Part shown: positions 51,085 to 64,000 of the stretch, piece after piece
Position numbering within the stretch: the stretch's first letter is position 1
Layout: each line of letters opens with the position of its first letter
From: Felis catus
Taxonomy: Eukaryota
Assembly: GCF_018350175.1 (NCBI RefSeq)
Contig: NC_058369.1
Location: forward strand, 24,864,001-24,928,000
Direction of reading: 5' to 3'
DNA: 64,000 nucleotides
Position numbers and translations under genes: made by a program
The notes under the pieces: generated by a model
Seen by the model: the letters and a program-made list of their open reading frames with translations, nothing else
Told to the model about the DNA's origin: nothing
Database searches by the model: none

Positions 51085-53256
51085 ACATGTTCTTTATCCA
51101 TTCATCAGTTGATGGATGCTTGCACTGTTTCCATATCTTATCTATTGTAGATAATGCTGCTGTAAACACTGGGGTATATGGGTTCCTTTGAATTTGCATT
51201 ATTGCATTCTTTGGGTAAATACCTAGTAGTGCAATTGCTGGATTGTAGGGTAGTTCTGTTTTTAACTTTTTGAGGAGCTTCCACAACGTTTTCCAGAGTG
51301 GCTGTGGCAATTTGCACTTCCACCAACAGCGCAAGAGGGTTCCTCTTTCTCCACATCCTCACCAACACCTGTTGTTTCTTGTGTTGTTGATTTTAGCCAT
51401 TCTGACAGGTCTGTGGTGATAACTCATTGTGGTTTTGATTTGTATTTCTCTGATGATCAGTGATGTTGAGCATCTTTTCTTATGTCTGTTGGCCATATGG
51501 AAAAATATCTATTCATATCTTCTGCCCATTTTTAACTGGATTATTCATCTTTTGGGTGTTGAGTTTTATAAGTTCTTTACATATTTTGGATACTAACCCT
51601 TTATCAGATATGTCATTTGTAAATATCTTCTCCCATTCTGTAGGTTGCCTTTTAGTTTTGTTGGTTATTTCCTTCGCTGTACAGAAGCTTTTTATTTTGA
51701 TTAAGTCCCAATACTTATTTTTGCTTTAGTTTCCCTTGCCTCAGGAGACATATATAGAAAGAAGTTGCTATAGCCTATATATATCAAAGAGGTTACTGCC
51801 TGTGTTCTCCTCTAGGATTTTCATGATTTCAAGTCTCACATATAGGTTCTTAATCCATATTGAGTTTTTTTGTGTGTGTATGGTGTAAGAAAGGGTCCAG
51901 TTTCATTCTTTTGCTGTCCAGTTTTCTGAATACCATGTGTTGAACAAACTGTCTTTTTCCCATTGGATATTCTTTCCTGTTTTGTCAAAGATTAGTTCAC
52001 CATATAGTTGTGGGTTCATTTCTGGGTTTTCATTCTGTTCCATTGATCTATGTGTCTACTTTTGTGCCAGTCGACACTGTTTTGATCACTACAGCTTTGT
52101 AATATAAACTTGAAGTCTGGAATTCTGATGCCTCCAGCTTTACTTTTCTTCTTCAAGGTTGCTTTGGCCATGTGGGGTCTTTTGTGGTTCCAAACAAATT
52201 TTAGGATTGTTTGTTCTAGCTCTATGAAAAATGCTGGTGGTATTTTGATGAGGATTGCGTTAAATGTACAGACTGTTTGGGGTAACATAGATATTTAAAC
52301 AATATTTGTTCTTCCAATCCTTGAGCATGGAATGTCTTCCCATTTCTTGGTGTCATCTTTAATTTCTTTCATCAGTCAGTGTTTTACAGTTTTCAGAGAA
52401 GATGTCTTTCACCTCTTTAGTTAGGTTTATTCCAAGGTATCTTAATATTTTTGGTGCAATTATAGATGTGGCTGATTCCTTAATTTCTCTTTCTGGTGCT
52501 TCATTATTGGCGTATAGAAAATCAACCAACTTCTGTATGTTGATTTTGTATCCTGAGACTTTACTGAATTTGTTTATCAGTTCTGGCAGTGTTTTGGTGG
52601 AGTTTTTTGAATTTTCTATATAGAGTCTCATGTCATCTGTAAATAGTGAAAGTTTTTCTTCTTCCTTGCAGACTTGGATGTCTTTTCTTTAAGAAAATTT
52701 TTTTTAACATTTATTTATTTTTGAGAGACAGAGCACGAGGCGGGAGGGACAGAGATGGAGACACAGAATTGGAAGCAGGCTCCAGGCTCTGAGCTGTCAG
52801 CACAGAGCCCAAAACAGGGCTTGAACTCACAGACTGCAAGATCATGACCTGAGCCGAAGTTGGAGGCTTAACCGACTGAGCCACCCAGGTGCCCAGATAC
52901 CTTTTCTTTCTTTTTGTTGTCTGACTGCTGTGGCTAGGACTTCTAGGACTATATTAACTAACAATTGTGAGAGTGGACATTCCTGTCTTGATCCTGACCA
53001 TTGAGGAAAAGCTCTCAGTTTTTCCTCATTGAGGATATTAGTTGAGGGTTTTTCATATATGGCCTTTATGATTTTAAGGTATGTTTCCTCTAAACCTACC
53101 TTGTTGAGGGTCTTTATCATGAATGGATGTTGTGCTTTGTCAAATGCTTTTTCTGCATCTGTTGAAATGATCCTATGGTTCTTATCCTTTTCTTTATTAG
53201 TATGGTGTATCACGCTGATTGATTTGTGAATATTTAGCCACCTTTGCAACCCAGGA
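50612..53256 (-). mobile_element. 5'-truncated carnivore L1 in ARHGEF3 intron, sense to the gene
   Basis: ORF2 peptides ([46 protein letters not shown]); tail/AATAAA at 50623-50628; degenerate 14-bp TSD ctcatggtagtatt 50598-50611 / cttgtggtggtatt 53257-53270; SINE at ~52700-52895. Confidence 0.92.
50998..51083. repeat. Compound (GT)n-(TA)-(CA)n microsatellite inside L1
   Basis: About 20 GT units, a short tatgta spacer, then about 19 CA units. Confidence 0.95.
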
Positions 53257-56200
53257 CTTGTGGTGGTATTAATAGGAAAGAGCTTAATAGATGAGAAACG
53301 TTAATAAGGACTCTCCTTGGTCACTTAATGGTTACTTAATGGAAAAACAAACCAATAGCTGAAAAGCAAGGTTTTAAAAGAGGCCTTTACTCTATGAGAA
53401 CTTACCACATCTTATAATCTGTTAAATTGGCAGTAAAATCTAAGTGTTAAGTAATTATTTTTCACATGCTAATGAAATGATACCTTCTGCCCAAAGCCAA
53501 TTGGATAGAAACTTCTACCCGGTTATAACTTTGGCACTTCCACGCAAGTCTGACATAAGATCTTACAGCTCTGCGCTGAAGTCTGGTGACTGTATCCTAT
53601 GAACAGATGCATAATCTGTATACTTCTGTAGCTATTACAAGTTTCAAAGCTCATTTATTCTTTCCTCGATTTCCCAAAGTTTGGTGGTAGCACTACTTTG
53701 ACAATAAAAAAAATAACGTATCATTTAAAAAAAAAACAGGGTTTTTGTATCATAAAACAATCCTTTTGGACTTTAATGCCAATCTGGCATTAAATATAAA
53801 TCCTATGAAATTAATCCTAGTTTTATTAACATAAAACAATAAAAAGAACACTTTGGTCCATAAACTTTCTCTTCGTTTTTTTTTTTTTCTCCCCCCTTGG
53901 TTTTGGTTTTCAAATATGACTGATTATTGTTACTTTCAAAAACAAACAAAAAAAAAGAAATTTCAGGGGTGCCTGGCTCAGTTGGTTAAGAGTTCAACTC
54001 TTGATATCAGCTCAGGTCATGATCTCATGGTTCGTGAGTTCGAGCCCTGCGTTGGGCTCTTTGCTGACGGCATAGAACCTGCTTGGGATTTTCTCTCTGG
54101 CCCTCCCCTGCTTTCTCTCTTCCTCTGCCTCTCTCTCAAAATAAATAAATAAACTTAAAAAATTAAAAAAAAAAAAAAGAAATTTCACAACACATACTAA
54201 AGCAATGACTCATCCTTCAAATTAATTCAATTAATCCTTGTTGATCATGGGTTCAGTGTGGAACTAGATGGCAGCATTCAAAGAAGTGAGACAGGGTCCT
54301 TGCCCTCAAGAAGCTTAAAAATATATGGGAGGTATCTGACAAATCATTTTATGCCTACCTTAATCTTTTTTTCTTCTTTCAGTAGGCTTCATGCCCAGCA
54401 TGGAACCCAATGTGGAGCCCAATGTGGGCCTGAACTCATGACCCCGAAATCAAGACCTGAGCTCAGACCAATGCTCAACCAACTGAGCCACCCAGGCACC
54501 CAGTCTACTTTGATCTTTTACCTTATTACATTTTTAATATGTAGTGGAATCCATACTTTTCCCTTATTTTTATACCAGTAGCATTAATTGCTGTGGCTCT
54601 TCTTAGAGTTTACTATTACTAGGTATACCTGTAATTAACTGGGTCTTGAGTCAATTTTCTGAGTTTGGTATAAGTATCCAGGAAACCAGAAAGATGATGT
54701 ACTATAGGCATAAATACATGTTCACTTCCTAATTTAACTCAGAAACTGAACAGCTGGCACATCACATGAAGATCAATAAGCTCAAACACTGCAGTGGTTC
54801 CTGGGGCAGCTATGACTACTGTCAAATGCTACGTCTTTCTTTGATGTTTGAAAAAATAGAGACAAAACAATAGAATATATCAGTGTAATTCCACATTCTT
54901 TGTGGACATTAAAATAGCACCTCCGGGTCTGCTTTCATTTATTAAAATATTGTCTTTTAGTTATATCCACCTGTACACCATAAGCATCTAATCTTTGCAC
55001 TGGTTGTTGAGTGGAATTTATTTTGTAGAACTGCAGCAAGAAATACAGTTGTGTATAGCAGACTGCATTGCAAATAGTCACAGTAGCTTTGCATTTAAGT
55101 TAAATTTATTGTTGCATCTCTCATCAGGGTTCAAACCAAAGGGAAACGACTGGTAAAGCAAGATGATGATAGATATCTGGTAACAGAACAAGGGTTAAAC
55201 CCACACAGGCTGTAATCGTCATCCTCAAAGTGAAATCTGAAAACCCTGTCTAGTTCCTTGAGCGGTAATATCATCTATTCGTAGGCTTGTGACATGAACC
55301 AGGAATAGCAGCCAGCACTGCAGGAACAGCAGGACCTGTTCTCATTGCTTCCAGTGACTTTTTTTTTTTTTTTTTAAGGAGCTAGGGAACAGGGGCGGGC
55401 AGAGGGAAAGGACAGTCTGCCAGATCAGGTTTGGGCTGAAACGTTCCTTAGAATTTAAAATGTTAAACAACCAGACCTCTGGAATTTCTGAATATCCTAA
55501 GTTCTATTTAAAAATGTTCTCTTTTGGGGAAAATGTCTATCAACCCTCCAAAACACTATGAAGAAATTCTAATAAAAACGTGGTAGTTTATGCACTGCAG
55601 TAAAAGTAAGGCCTTTTTTTAGACCTAATCAGAGGACTGGACCATTGGATGTAGGAGCAATTTATTAACAGTTCTCTGATCTTCCCCTTTTCAGAGGTGG
55701 AAAATTTATTCAGGGAATCTGTAATTCAAGCTACATTGGTACTATGGGTTTTATGTTTATCAAGCATTCACAATGTACCCAAGAGTACGGGGCTAAATAT
55801 TTCTGCCCATCTGGGGTAATGCCCAGAGGAATTTGAAAAGACAAAAACATCATCAACAACAACAACGAAAACACCCCACAAAAAACATTGCTGTGCTTCC
55901 ATGTATAAATGGGCATTAGGAAGACTTGCTTTGCAGACATTTTGAAATACAGCTATTCCATGCTTCACACACAAATCTGCCTGAATAACTAGGTGCAGAT
56001 TCAACTTGTAAAAATGACATCACATTTTTTTGCACTAGGGAAACCGGTCCATCCTTTCATATTGCAAACAATTATATTCCTATCTGTTTTTAAACCCAAA
56101 CTTTAGCTCACTGGGTGATCTTGGAAACAGCATTATTCTTTCATGCTACATATTAAAAAGAAGAAATCTTAACAGTAAACTCAGAGCAAACTCACGTGCT

Positions 56201-58296
56201 TCAAAAAAGTAATTATTTAGACTAGCTCGAGCTCCCTGTTGTTTTCATTCCTGCAGACCACACACTTGCTGGGATGAAATATGGAGAGGAGGCAATGCTA
56301 CTGTACTCGTCCCAGTAATAAAAACAGACATGATGAAGTGAGATGGGCCTCATACCCAGTGCCTGTGTCCTCCATCTATGCAGGACTGGGGACCTGGTCT
56401 GTGTGTGTCTGCCATTAGTCAAGAGAGTCTACACTCTTCACTATCCCTACAAGGAGGCACCTGGCCCAGCTCGGCACCAGTGAGGCCCTCTCCACAAAGC
56501 CTGGTGGCCCCAGATAGCTTTCTGCAATTCTACAGGCAAGGGGGACTCAAAGAAGCATCTAGGCTTTCAGCTCCGTGGTGTAGGAGCATAAAGAAGTGGA
56601 AGAGGCACAGGATTTGCAGTCCACACCAGCAGAGTTCAGACACAAACCTCATCACTTGCTGGCTCTGGCTCTAGGCGAGTTATTTAAGCCCTCCAAGGCT
56701 TATCTGGAATATGGTCCTAACAGGGATAGCTATCTCATAGGTTATTATAAGGATTAAATGAGATACATAGCCTACAAAGCAATTATACAAAGCTAATTTA
56801 CTACATATTCAAGATATGCCAGCAGGTATTGCTATAATTATTATTGTCGTGATTACTACTTACTATTATTATTGGAGGAAATAGGCAGTTTGTTCAGCAG
56901 GTTTCATGGACTTTGATTTTCAAGTCGTCTGTGCAAATTCTCTTTCTGTTCAATATTCAGTCAGGGAATGAGCCCTTTGAATTAGTCTCGAAGGCTCAAT
57001 CCCTGTGGCTCCTGCCTGTGTGTGTTTCCATGACTGCATACCCGGACCTCTGCAGCATCCTCTCAACTTGCTTTCTGCCCCTAGTCCCTTCCTTCTCTGT
57101 CCCCCATTCTGCAGACAAGGAGAGTAATGTGTCCACGTTTCCACAGCTTGTCAGCGATAGAGCTGGGCTGTGAACCCTGAATCCCAGCTACTTAGAAAAC
57201 AAAAGAGAGGCAACTGGATAGCTCAGTCAGTTAAATGTCCAACTTCAGCTCAGGTCATGATCTCACAGTTTGTGAGTTTGAGCCCTGCCTTGGGCTCTGT
57301 GCTGATGGCTCTGAGCCTGGAGCCTGCTTTGGATTTTCTGTGTCCCCCACTCTCTCTGTCCCTCCCCCACTCAAGCTCTGTCTCTCTCTCTCTCAAAAAT
57401 AAACATTAAAACAAATTAAAAAAAAGGAAAAAAGACAAACAAAACACAACAAAGGAAACATATCTCAAATTGATATTTAAAATCCTCATAACCAGATCTG
57501 AACTCCCATCCTCAGCCTTCTCTCCTGCTGCTTCCTCAGAGTATCCTCTTCTCTGGGCAGACTGATCCAGAGTATTCCCCAGACATTACCTGTCCTGTCA
57601 TTTCTCCATACCTTTTCTCAGGCCACTGGCTCCTCCTGGCCTGCCATTGCCTCCCTGTCCCGCAGAGCACCCCAATCAGACCCAAGCTCTCTGGACAGAA
57701 CACTCACCATTTACAATATTCTCATGATATGGACCCATTTTTCCTGGTCTTCTCTTGCTACTAACAATCTATCTCTCCCCATATTTAATGAACATTTGCT
57801 GGTGAGCAGGACGTTTGATTAGGTCCCTCCCTGCAATCAGAGGCCAAGGAGAGCTGGATCTGAAATAGGTGTCAACTTCACAAATAGGTTCAGGGGCTAA
57901 GGGAAGAAGCAACTCCCATTTGCTAACTACACAAAGACATTCAATTTAAAATCTCCAGAGATCTTAACCCTCACAACCATTGTAATAAACATTACAGTTT
58001 ATTATTAATCGTAATTACAGATCAGAGAGGCACCTGTACAGAAGCAAGAACTTTTAGAAATCAAAGGGACCTTAGAGTGTATTTCATGTAAACACTGCAT
58101 TTTATAGGTTAGGAGAGTGAGGCAGAGAGAGAAGAAGTGACTTGCAAAATAAAAACATGACTTGGCAGCTTCCAAGCCTGGAAGCCAAGACCCCTGGGTC
58201 CCATCCATGTCCCCAGAGACCCTTCACTCACCCAATCTCCTAGACATTATGCGAGAAAACAACAAGGGAAAGAGAGGAAGAAACAGATGAACTTAC

Positions 58297-58554
58297 AGCC
58301 TCTTCCAGGTGCTGCTGATCTGGATTATCATTTGGTGTGTGTCTCAAGATTTCTCGAAGAAGCAGAGGGTATTTCACTAGACGGCTTCTTGGAATATCAA
58401 GAAAATTCCAGAGATCCAGTTTGCGGCTAAAGGGGGATTCTAAACATCGTTGCAGGAAATCCTGGACTCGGTGATCTTGTTTTTTGTGGTCCAGCAGAGC
58501 CTTGGCGGCTACTTGATTGCTGCAGTAACTGTCGTAGGAGCTGAGACAAGGCAG
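58297..58554 (-). CDS. ARHGEF3: ARHGEF3 internal exon (DH domain C-terminal part)
   Basis: 258 nt, phase 0/0, tcttag| ... GCT|gtaagt; LPCLSSYDSYCSNQVAAKALLDHKKQDHRVQDFLQRCLESPFSRKLDLWNFLDIPRSRLVKYPLLLREILRHTPNDNPDQQHLEEA. Confidence 0.96.
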
Positions 58555-60885
58555 CTAAGAAAAAAACATCAACGGAGGCTTGGAGTGTGGAACTAATTGT
58601 GCTTTGAAGCTATGAGCTAGTATCACATGTGGGGACTGAACAAAACTGGTCTCCAGGCCCGGCCAACATTCCCTTATCTGCATGGCTGGAGGAGACAGAC
58701 TAGTGGAATTTTCAACCAAGAATTTTTTTTTTTTTAAGTTTATTTATTTTGAGAGAGTGAGTACATGAGCTGGGGAGGGGCAGAGAGAGAGGGAGAGAAA
58801 GAATCCCAAGCAGGTTTCGCGCTGTCAGCACAGAGCTGACTTGGGGCTCGAACTCATGAATCATGAGATCATGACCTGAGCCAAAATCAAGAGTTACACC
58901 CTTAACCAACTGAGCCACCAGGCACCATTAATAGAACTTTTTAAATAGCAGGGAATGAACAGTTTTAGGCTTTAGTTTGCTTGAGGGACAGTTATTTTCT
59001 TAGTTGTGTATTTACTTTCTTGATCGTTAAGACCCCATCGTAATTTGTTTGCGTTTCTGCCAATCTAAGCTAGGAGCAAAAGAACCAGAATAACTGTACA
59101 CGCATACAGCTCAAAATTTTCCTGAATTTCCAAAAGTATCTGGTGAGGGGAAAGCCTCCTATCTTTAAAAAACAAAACAGGATTTCTTTTAAAATTATTC
59201 ATAAGAAACTCATCTAGAAGACCTAGTGGCATAAAAAGAAAGCAAAGTGTCAGACTCTAGAGCCCTTTGCATGGCTCCATGCAAGCATCTCTATATTAGT
59301 TTAAGGTTACCTGATTCCAAGGCGGACTAATTATGAAGAACTCCAGGAACTTAAAGCAAAAGTACAATTAGTAAAAGATTAGATGCGGGAAGCATTTAGA
59401 AACATCTTTTAAATTAGATTCTTGGCTGTACCTAATGGTTAACATCACAATACCATGCAAAGAATAATTTAAGCTTAAAGACTTCGGAACACTTCTACTC
59501 CTCTATCTTCCTTCCAGCAAAATTCTAATTTCCCTTATATGTCCCATCAGTCACATTATGCAAACACAGAGTCAGAGACCCAGTGAAAGGGCTGTTCATC
59601 TCCCTTTTCCACTCCTCCCTATTAGTGGCACCCAAGACTCACCATCTTAATGCATAGGCTGTCAGCTCCCAGAAAGGTAGCAGAAACAATAAAATGCAGC
59701 CAATGGCCCCCACTGTGTTTGCTTCTCTCCCTTGGATTAAGAAGCCACATTTACCAGGACACCTGCCCTATGGAGGGATTCAGTGCAAGAGGGGCTTTAA
59801 TTTCTGCATCCTCAACACTTTGCATTGGACCTACCATTCAGCAGACATTCAAACTTTATATTCCAAATGAACAAATAAATGAATGCTTAATAGTTACCAG
59901 ATTAGGTAATATTTGATGGTCTGGGAAAATGGCTTAAAAATAAATTGTGGCAACATTTGAACAATGGGTCAAAGTATAAATATTGTGGTGTTTTTTTGGT
60001 ACCTCTTATTGAAATTATTTTCTCAGCAACTGAAACCAAACAAAGATACCAAGGAAGTAATGTTTAAGTCCACTGTTGAGTTTAACATTCTTTGGAAAGG
60101 TCTACCTTCCTTATGTGTCATAAACACAAAAAACAAAAAACAAAAAAACACAAACCTTTGTGTTAAAAAAAGAGCTGCAGAAATTCTTTCCTCAACCTTA
60201 TATCTGAAAGTAAATGATAATTGCTACTTACACACACACATACACACACACCCCAGATGTGGTATTGTGGCTTGTAATTTAGATTTTCAGAGTTAATTAA
60301 AAAGAGCTTCAGGCCCTCTTAATTTCATTTCCACTTCCTCGCCTTTTGAAAAGACCTGGAAATGCCGAATGTTTTCATTACAGAGAAACAAATCAGCAGT
60401 AACTGTCGGATGTATACTAGTGAGGAACTCCAACCACACTGCTGCTCACCGTCCAGTGGGCCATTCCTCTCTGATCCTGCCATTCCTGCTGCCATGGCAA
60501 CCCAATCCAGCTCTGGTCCTGTGTTCACACCTGACAGGGTGCTCATTTCCTGGGCAAGACCTGAAAGGCTATCTGGTTCAACCCACTGGCTAGAAAAGGC
60601 CACAAGTGATCTGTAACTTGTTAGAAAATGAAGAATGTTCACATCTTGGTTCCCAAATACATGCACATTCACTTATATAAAACATGAGAGGTGATAACAC
60701 AGTGGTTAAGAGGGCAGACTCTGGAACCAGGTATAATTATGTTTCAAAGCCTAACTTGGACAGTATCAGGTGACTCTTCTGAGCCTCAGTTGCCCCACTT
60801 ACAAAAGGCATATACTATTTTTTAATGAGCTAAGGCAGATAACAAGTATGTGAGCCTGGTTTCTGGTTAAGAATCAGTAAGTACT

Positions 60886-61189
60886 TGGGGCGCCTGGGTG
60901 GCTCAGTCGGTTAAGCATCCGACTTTGGCTCAGGTCATGATCTCGTGGTTCGTGGGTTTGAGCTCTGCCTTGGGCTCTGTGCTGACAGCTCAGAGCTTGG
61001 AGCCTGCTTCGGATTCTGTGTCTCCCTTTCTCTCTGCCCCTTCCCAGCTCACACTCTGTCTCTCTCTCTCCCCCAAATGAGCCTGGAGACTGCTTCAGAC
61101 TCTGTGTCTCCCTTCCTCTCTGCCCCTCCCCAGCTCACATTCTATCTCTCTCTCTCTCAAAAATAAATAAACATTAAAAAAAAAAAAAC
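60886..61189 (+). mobile_element. Can-SINE with internal ~86-bp tandem duplication
   Basis: TSD agaatcagtaagtact 60870-60885/61190-61205; 3' body present twice (60993-61078, 61079-~61164). Confidence 0.9.
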
Positions 61190-64000
61190 AGAATCAGTAA
61201 GTACTAGCTATTGTTATTATTTATCCCTGGGATATTTTTACTGCAGAAATTGTGGTTTAGAGAAACAAAACCACTTGCCCAGCGAGAGACAAAACCGGCC
61301 TGAAGCATGTTCTTCCCCCACCCTTCCCCCAAAGCTCTGAACTACACAACATGTCTTTAAATAGACTATCAAAGAACTTATAAGGGAAACTCTTTCACTT
61401 TTAGAAATTCTTTCTAACTCCCTAACATTGTGAAAAGCAATAGAACAAATCTGTTTTTTGTTTCCATGCACTCTGCCTCTCTCTATACAATTAAAATGGA
61501 ATTAGAACCAAATTAACACAAGAACTTGCTGCTTGGAGAACTTATCAATTATTTTATTACTGTAAAAAATGTTAGCATGAAGGTAAGTCACTTGGGAGGT
61601 TGTTTCTGTGCGATGGAGGGGTGAATGAAATCAGGCCTACCCGCCCAGGAGACAGATCCTCAGTGACCACAGTGGCTCCCTGAGAAAACCACCACTCTGT
61701 TTTAGGTCTTCAAAGTACAAGTAATTGATTCATCTAAGGTCAAAAGGACTGGTCAGGCCTGTCCCACTTGGGAGGCTCATTTGTTTAAAAGGGTTTCTTT
61801 TTTCACCTTTTTTTCCTTGAGGGAGTTGGAAGCTGGGGGGGGGGGGAGCGGCAAATAAATCAATTTTTCATGGGTCGAATGGGCTCTGACTTTTTCTCAT
61901 TCAGAGTCCACTCAGATGTTTATTTTGTTCTGTTAAAAAGACCAGAATTCAAACAGATGTACCACTTGGTTTACAGTTCCCACTCGCATGCACACATCTG
62001 CAGTTTAAAGAGGGAAAACATTTAACAGCTCGTGGGGCCTGATCAATAAGGGCCGTTCTCATGAGGCCTGGTCACAATGGGCTGGTTGTTTAATCTTGGG
62101 CTGCTCTTCAAGCTGCAAGTCCTCATGTGATGTCTGAAGGGTTCAGATAGCAATGGGGGTAGTCACATTTCCTCTGAGTGTGTACAGAAAAGGGCTGCAA
62201 AAGCTGCCCCCAGATCAAACCAATTTCCTAATAAAAGTGGCAGACATTTATTTCAGAAAAAGTTAATTACGAGGCAAACACCAACACTTTTGCTTCTGGC
62301 ATGAACTGACAATTTGTACATGATGCCTAAGGAAACCATGTCGTCCTATGTTGCCTTCTCATCAAACACAGAGCAGGCATCCTGCTAATTCTGGTGTGCA
62401 GCCTCATTGTCCCCCACCCCCCCTCCCTGGCCATCAAAGCAGCCCACAGACTCAGGAAGTTTAAGAAATATTGAGGCAGAATCTCTCTTCTCATGACACC
62501 TTCTCTGTCTCCAGCTGGCTGGCTTTCTTTAGAGAAATTTCTTTGAAGGCTAAAGAAGTTAAACATCTACCGCAGCTTATAATAAAATGAAAGTCAAAAA
62601 TATAAGATGAATGCCTCTCCTGAAATATTAAGGCACATTTTCTAAATTATTCATCTCAGAACATTGCTTGTCTTTCAGGTGTCCTTGGGATATTTTGGCC
62701 TCAGTGCTAAAATTGACTTGTGAACTAAAGCTATCTCAGTCATGAAACCCTCAAAATTTCTTGATCAAGGAAGTAATTGAGAAGCAGAAGTTAAGGGCAC
62801 CTGGGTGGCTCAGTAGGTTGAGCATCTGACTCTTGATTTCAGCTCAGGTCATGATCTCACGGTTCGTGGATTCAAGCCCTATGTCAGGCTCCTTGCTGAC
62901 AGTGCAGAGCCTGCTTGGGATTCTCTCTCTCCCTCTCTGCCCCTCCCCTGACTCTCTCAAAATAAATTAAAAACTTAAAAAAAAAAAAGAAGCAGAAGTT
63001 AGGATAAGAGATCAACGTCAAAACGTAGGAACTCGAAGACACAGGAAGTTTAAAATATAAATACAAATGTAACTGGATAAAGAGAACTCACATGATAGTA
63101 GGATTTTTAACCTTCACAAAACATTCCCCAAACAGTGGAATGACTTTAAAGCTTGCTGCTGTGGCACTTCCTGCCTATTTTTCTGGAACAATGTGTGGAT
63201 CAGAGACATGAGAGATCTAATCCTGCCTGGAAGAAGTCATGGAAGTGATCTGCTTTTATTACCCACTTCATAACAACTGAAGACCACTTGCAGCTGGGGT
63301 GGTGCACACAAGACTCCAAGGCAACCGAAATGTAGTAACAGGGAATGGTGAGGACTGGGAAAATAGTGCATGCCTGGACAAATGAACAACCGCATTACGC
63401 ACCCAACAAAACACAGATTCCACCCAAGACCATAATCTGTTGACCCATAAGCCCCTAATCTAAGGTCACAGTTGATTTCTTTGTTCAATTAGGAAAGAGA
63501 ATGGGTTATTTGGGATGAAGGTCAGCATAATCCCAAGCCTTCCTATGAAGTTACTTATAATCAGATGTATGCTGAACATTAACAATGTTTAGTACTACTT
63601 GCTTATGAAATGACATTTTACCATGAGAGTTTTTTGGGGTTTTTTTTGTAGCCTAAACAAAGCACTTTTTTTTTTTTTTTTTTTTTTGGTGGTGGTGGAT
63701 AAGAATATGTCTCTGAATATTTACTGGAGTAGAAAGGGTAATAATTGTATTATTAGTAATTGGCCTAAATTGGATGTTAACTAGTTTTACTTTACTTGAT
63801 ATAAAACTAGTAACTGTTTCATATGTACCTTTACTTACTGCCAAAGGCCAAGTTATCTTTTAATGCTATGAATTCATAATCAGGTAAAAATTGTTTCCAT
63901 ACTTTAAAGAGATAAAGCCTAAACAGAATGATAAGTTTTGCTAAGAATCTGCCATTTAAATTTCTTCTGAAGTAAAACCAACATTTGCCGACAGAGAAAA

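Larger units (their letters stand above)
936..62990. mobile_element. Additional dispersed Can-SINE copies (summary entry, not one element)
   Basis: Approximate: 936-1120(+), 9775-9984(-), 11263-11485(+), 11815-11940(-), 12510-12670(-), 12680-12785(-), 12838-12930(+), 14478-14679(+), 15352-15560(-), 16189-16380(+), 20065-20250(-), 21525-21749(-), 21886-22116(-), 25018-25230(+), 26235-26435(-), 26667-26840(+), 28467-28675(+), 29461-29620(+), 30801-31025(+), 33895-34075(-), 35590-35772(-), 36180-36283(-), 38607-38716(+), 39771-39978(+), 53965-54180(+), 54370-54501(-), 57208-57425(+), 58720-58925(-), 62795-62988(+). Confidence 0.85.

Noticed and set aside
936..62990. tRNA-like A/B boxes and recurrent '[16 protein letters not shown]' peptides; possible CRISPR-like repeats
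   Set aside because: All are heads of tRNA-derived Can-SINEs; no complete tRNA gene and no regularly spaced repeat-spacer array.
58555..64000. Next upstream ARHGEF3 exon (..KPDGSTEHVGPILVGW) and ORFs at 60325-60672
   Set aside because: Expected exon not found in the window; the ORFs lack similarity to ARHGEF3 and lack convincing splice signals.

Overview
Mammalian genomic DNA, almost certainly a felid (dense Can-SINE/SINEC_Fc-type tRNA-derived SINEs and carnivore L1). Two known genes lie on the minus strand: the last four coding exons and 3' UTR of ARHGEF3 (58554 to ~42010), and the CpG-island promoter and first coding exon of TASOR/FAM208A (ATG 7539, donor 7211), whose intron 1 runs off the window start. 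This matches the ARHGEF3-TASOR order I recall for human 3p14.3. About half the window is SINE/L1/L2/MIR/LTR. The main unexpected signal is in the 'intergenic' unique sequence at ~9.4-22.6 kb. It holds a chain of about a dozen minus-strand AG...GT-bounded exon-like segments, mostly phase-compatible, that translate to protein-like sequence broken by stops, a few frameshifts and SINE insertions. This looks like a decayed multi-exon (unitary) pseudogene that I cannot name; further tentative exons lie at 37.8-40.6 kb. Smaller points of interest are a 27-nt U6 retrocopy with a perfect TSD inside a SINE tail, a SINE+L1 block sharing one TSD, a solo LTR near the TASOR promoter and a 76-bp tandem duplication next to that promoter. 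Gene and repeat-family names come from recall, not database searches; repeat boundaries are approximate.
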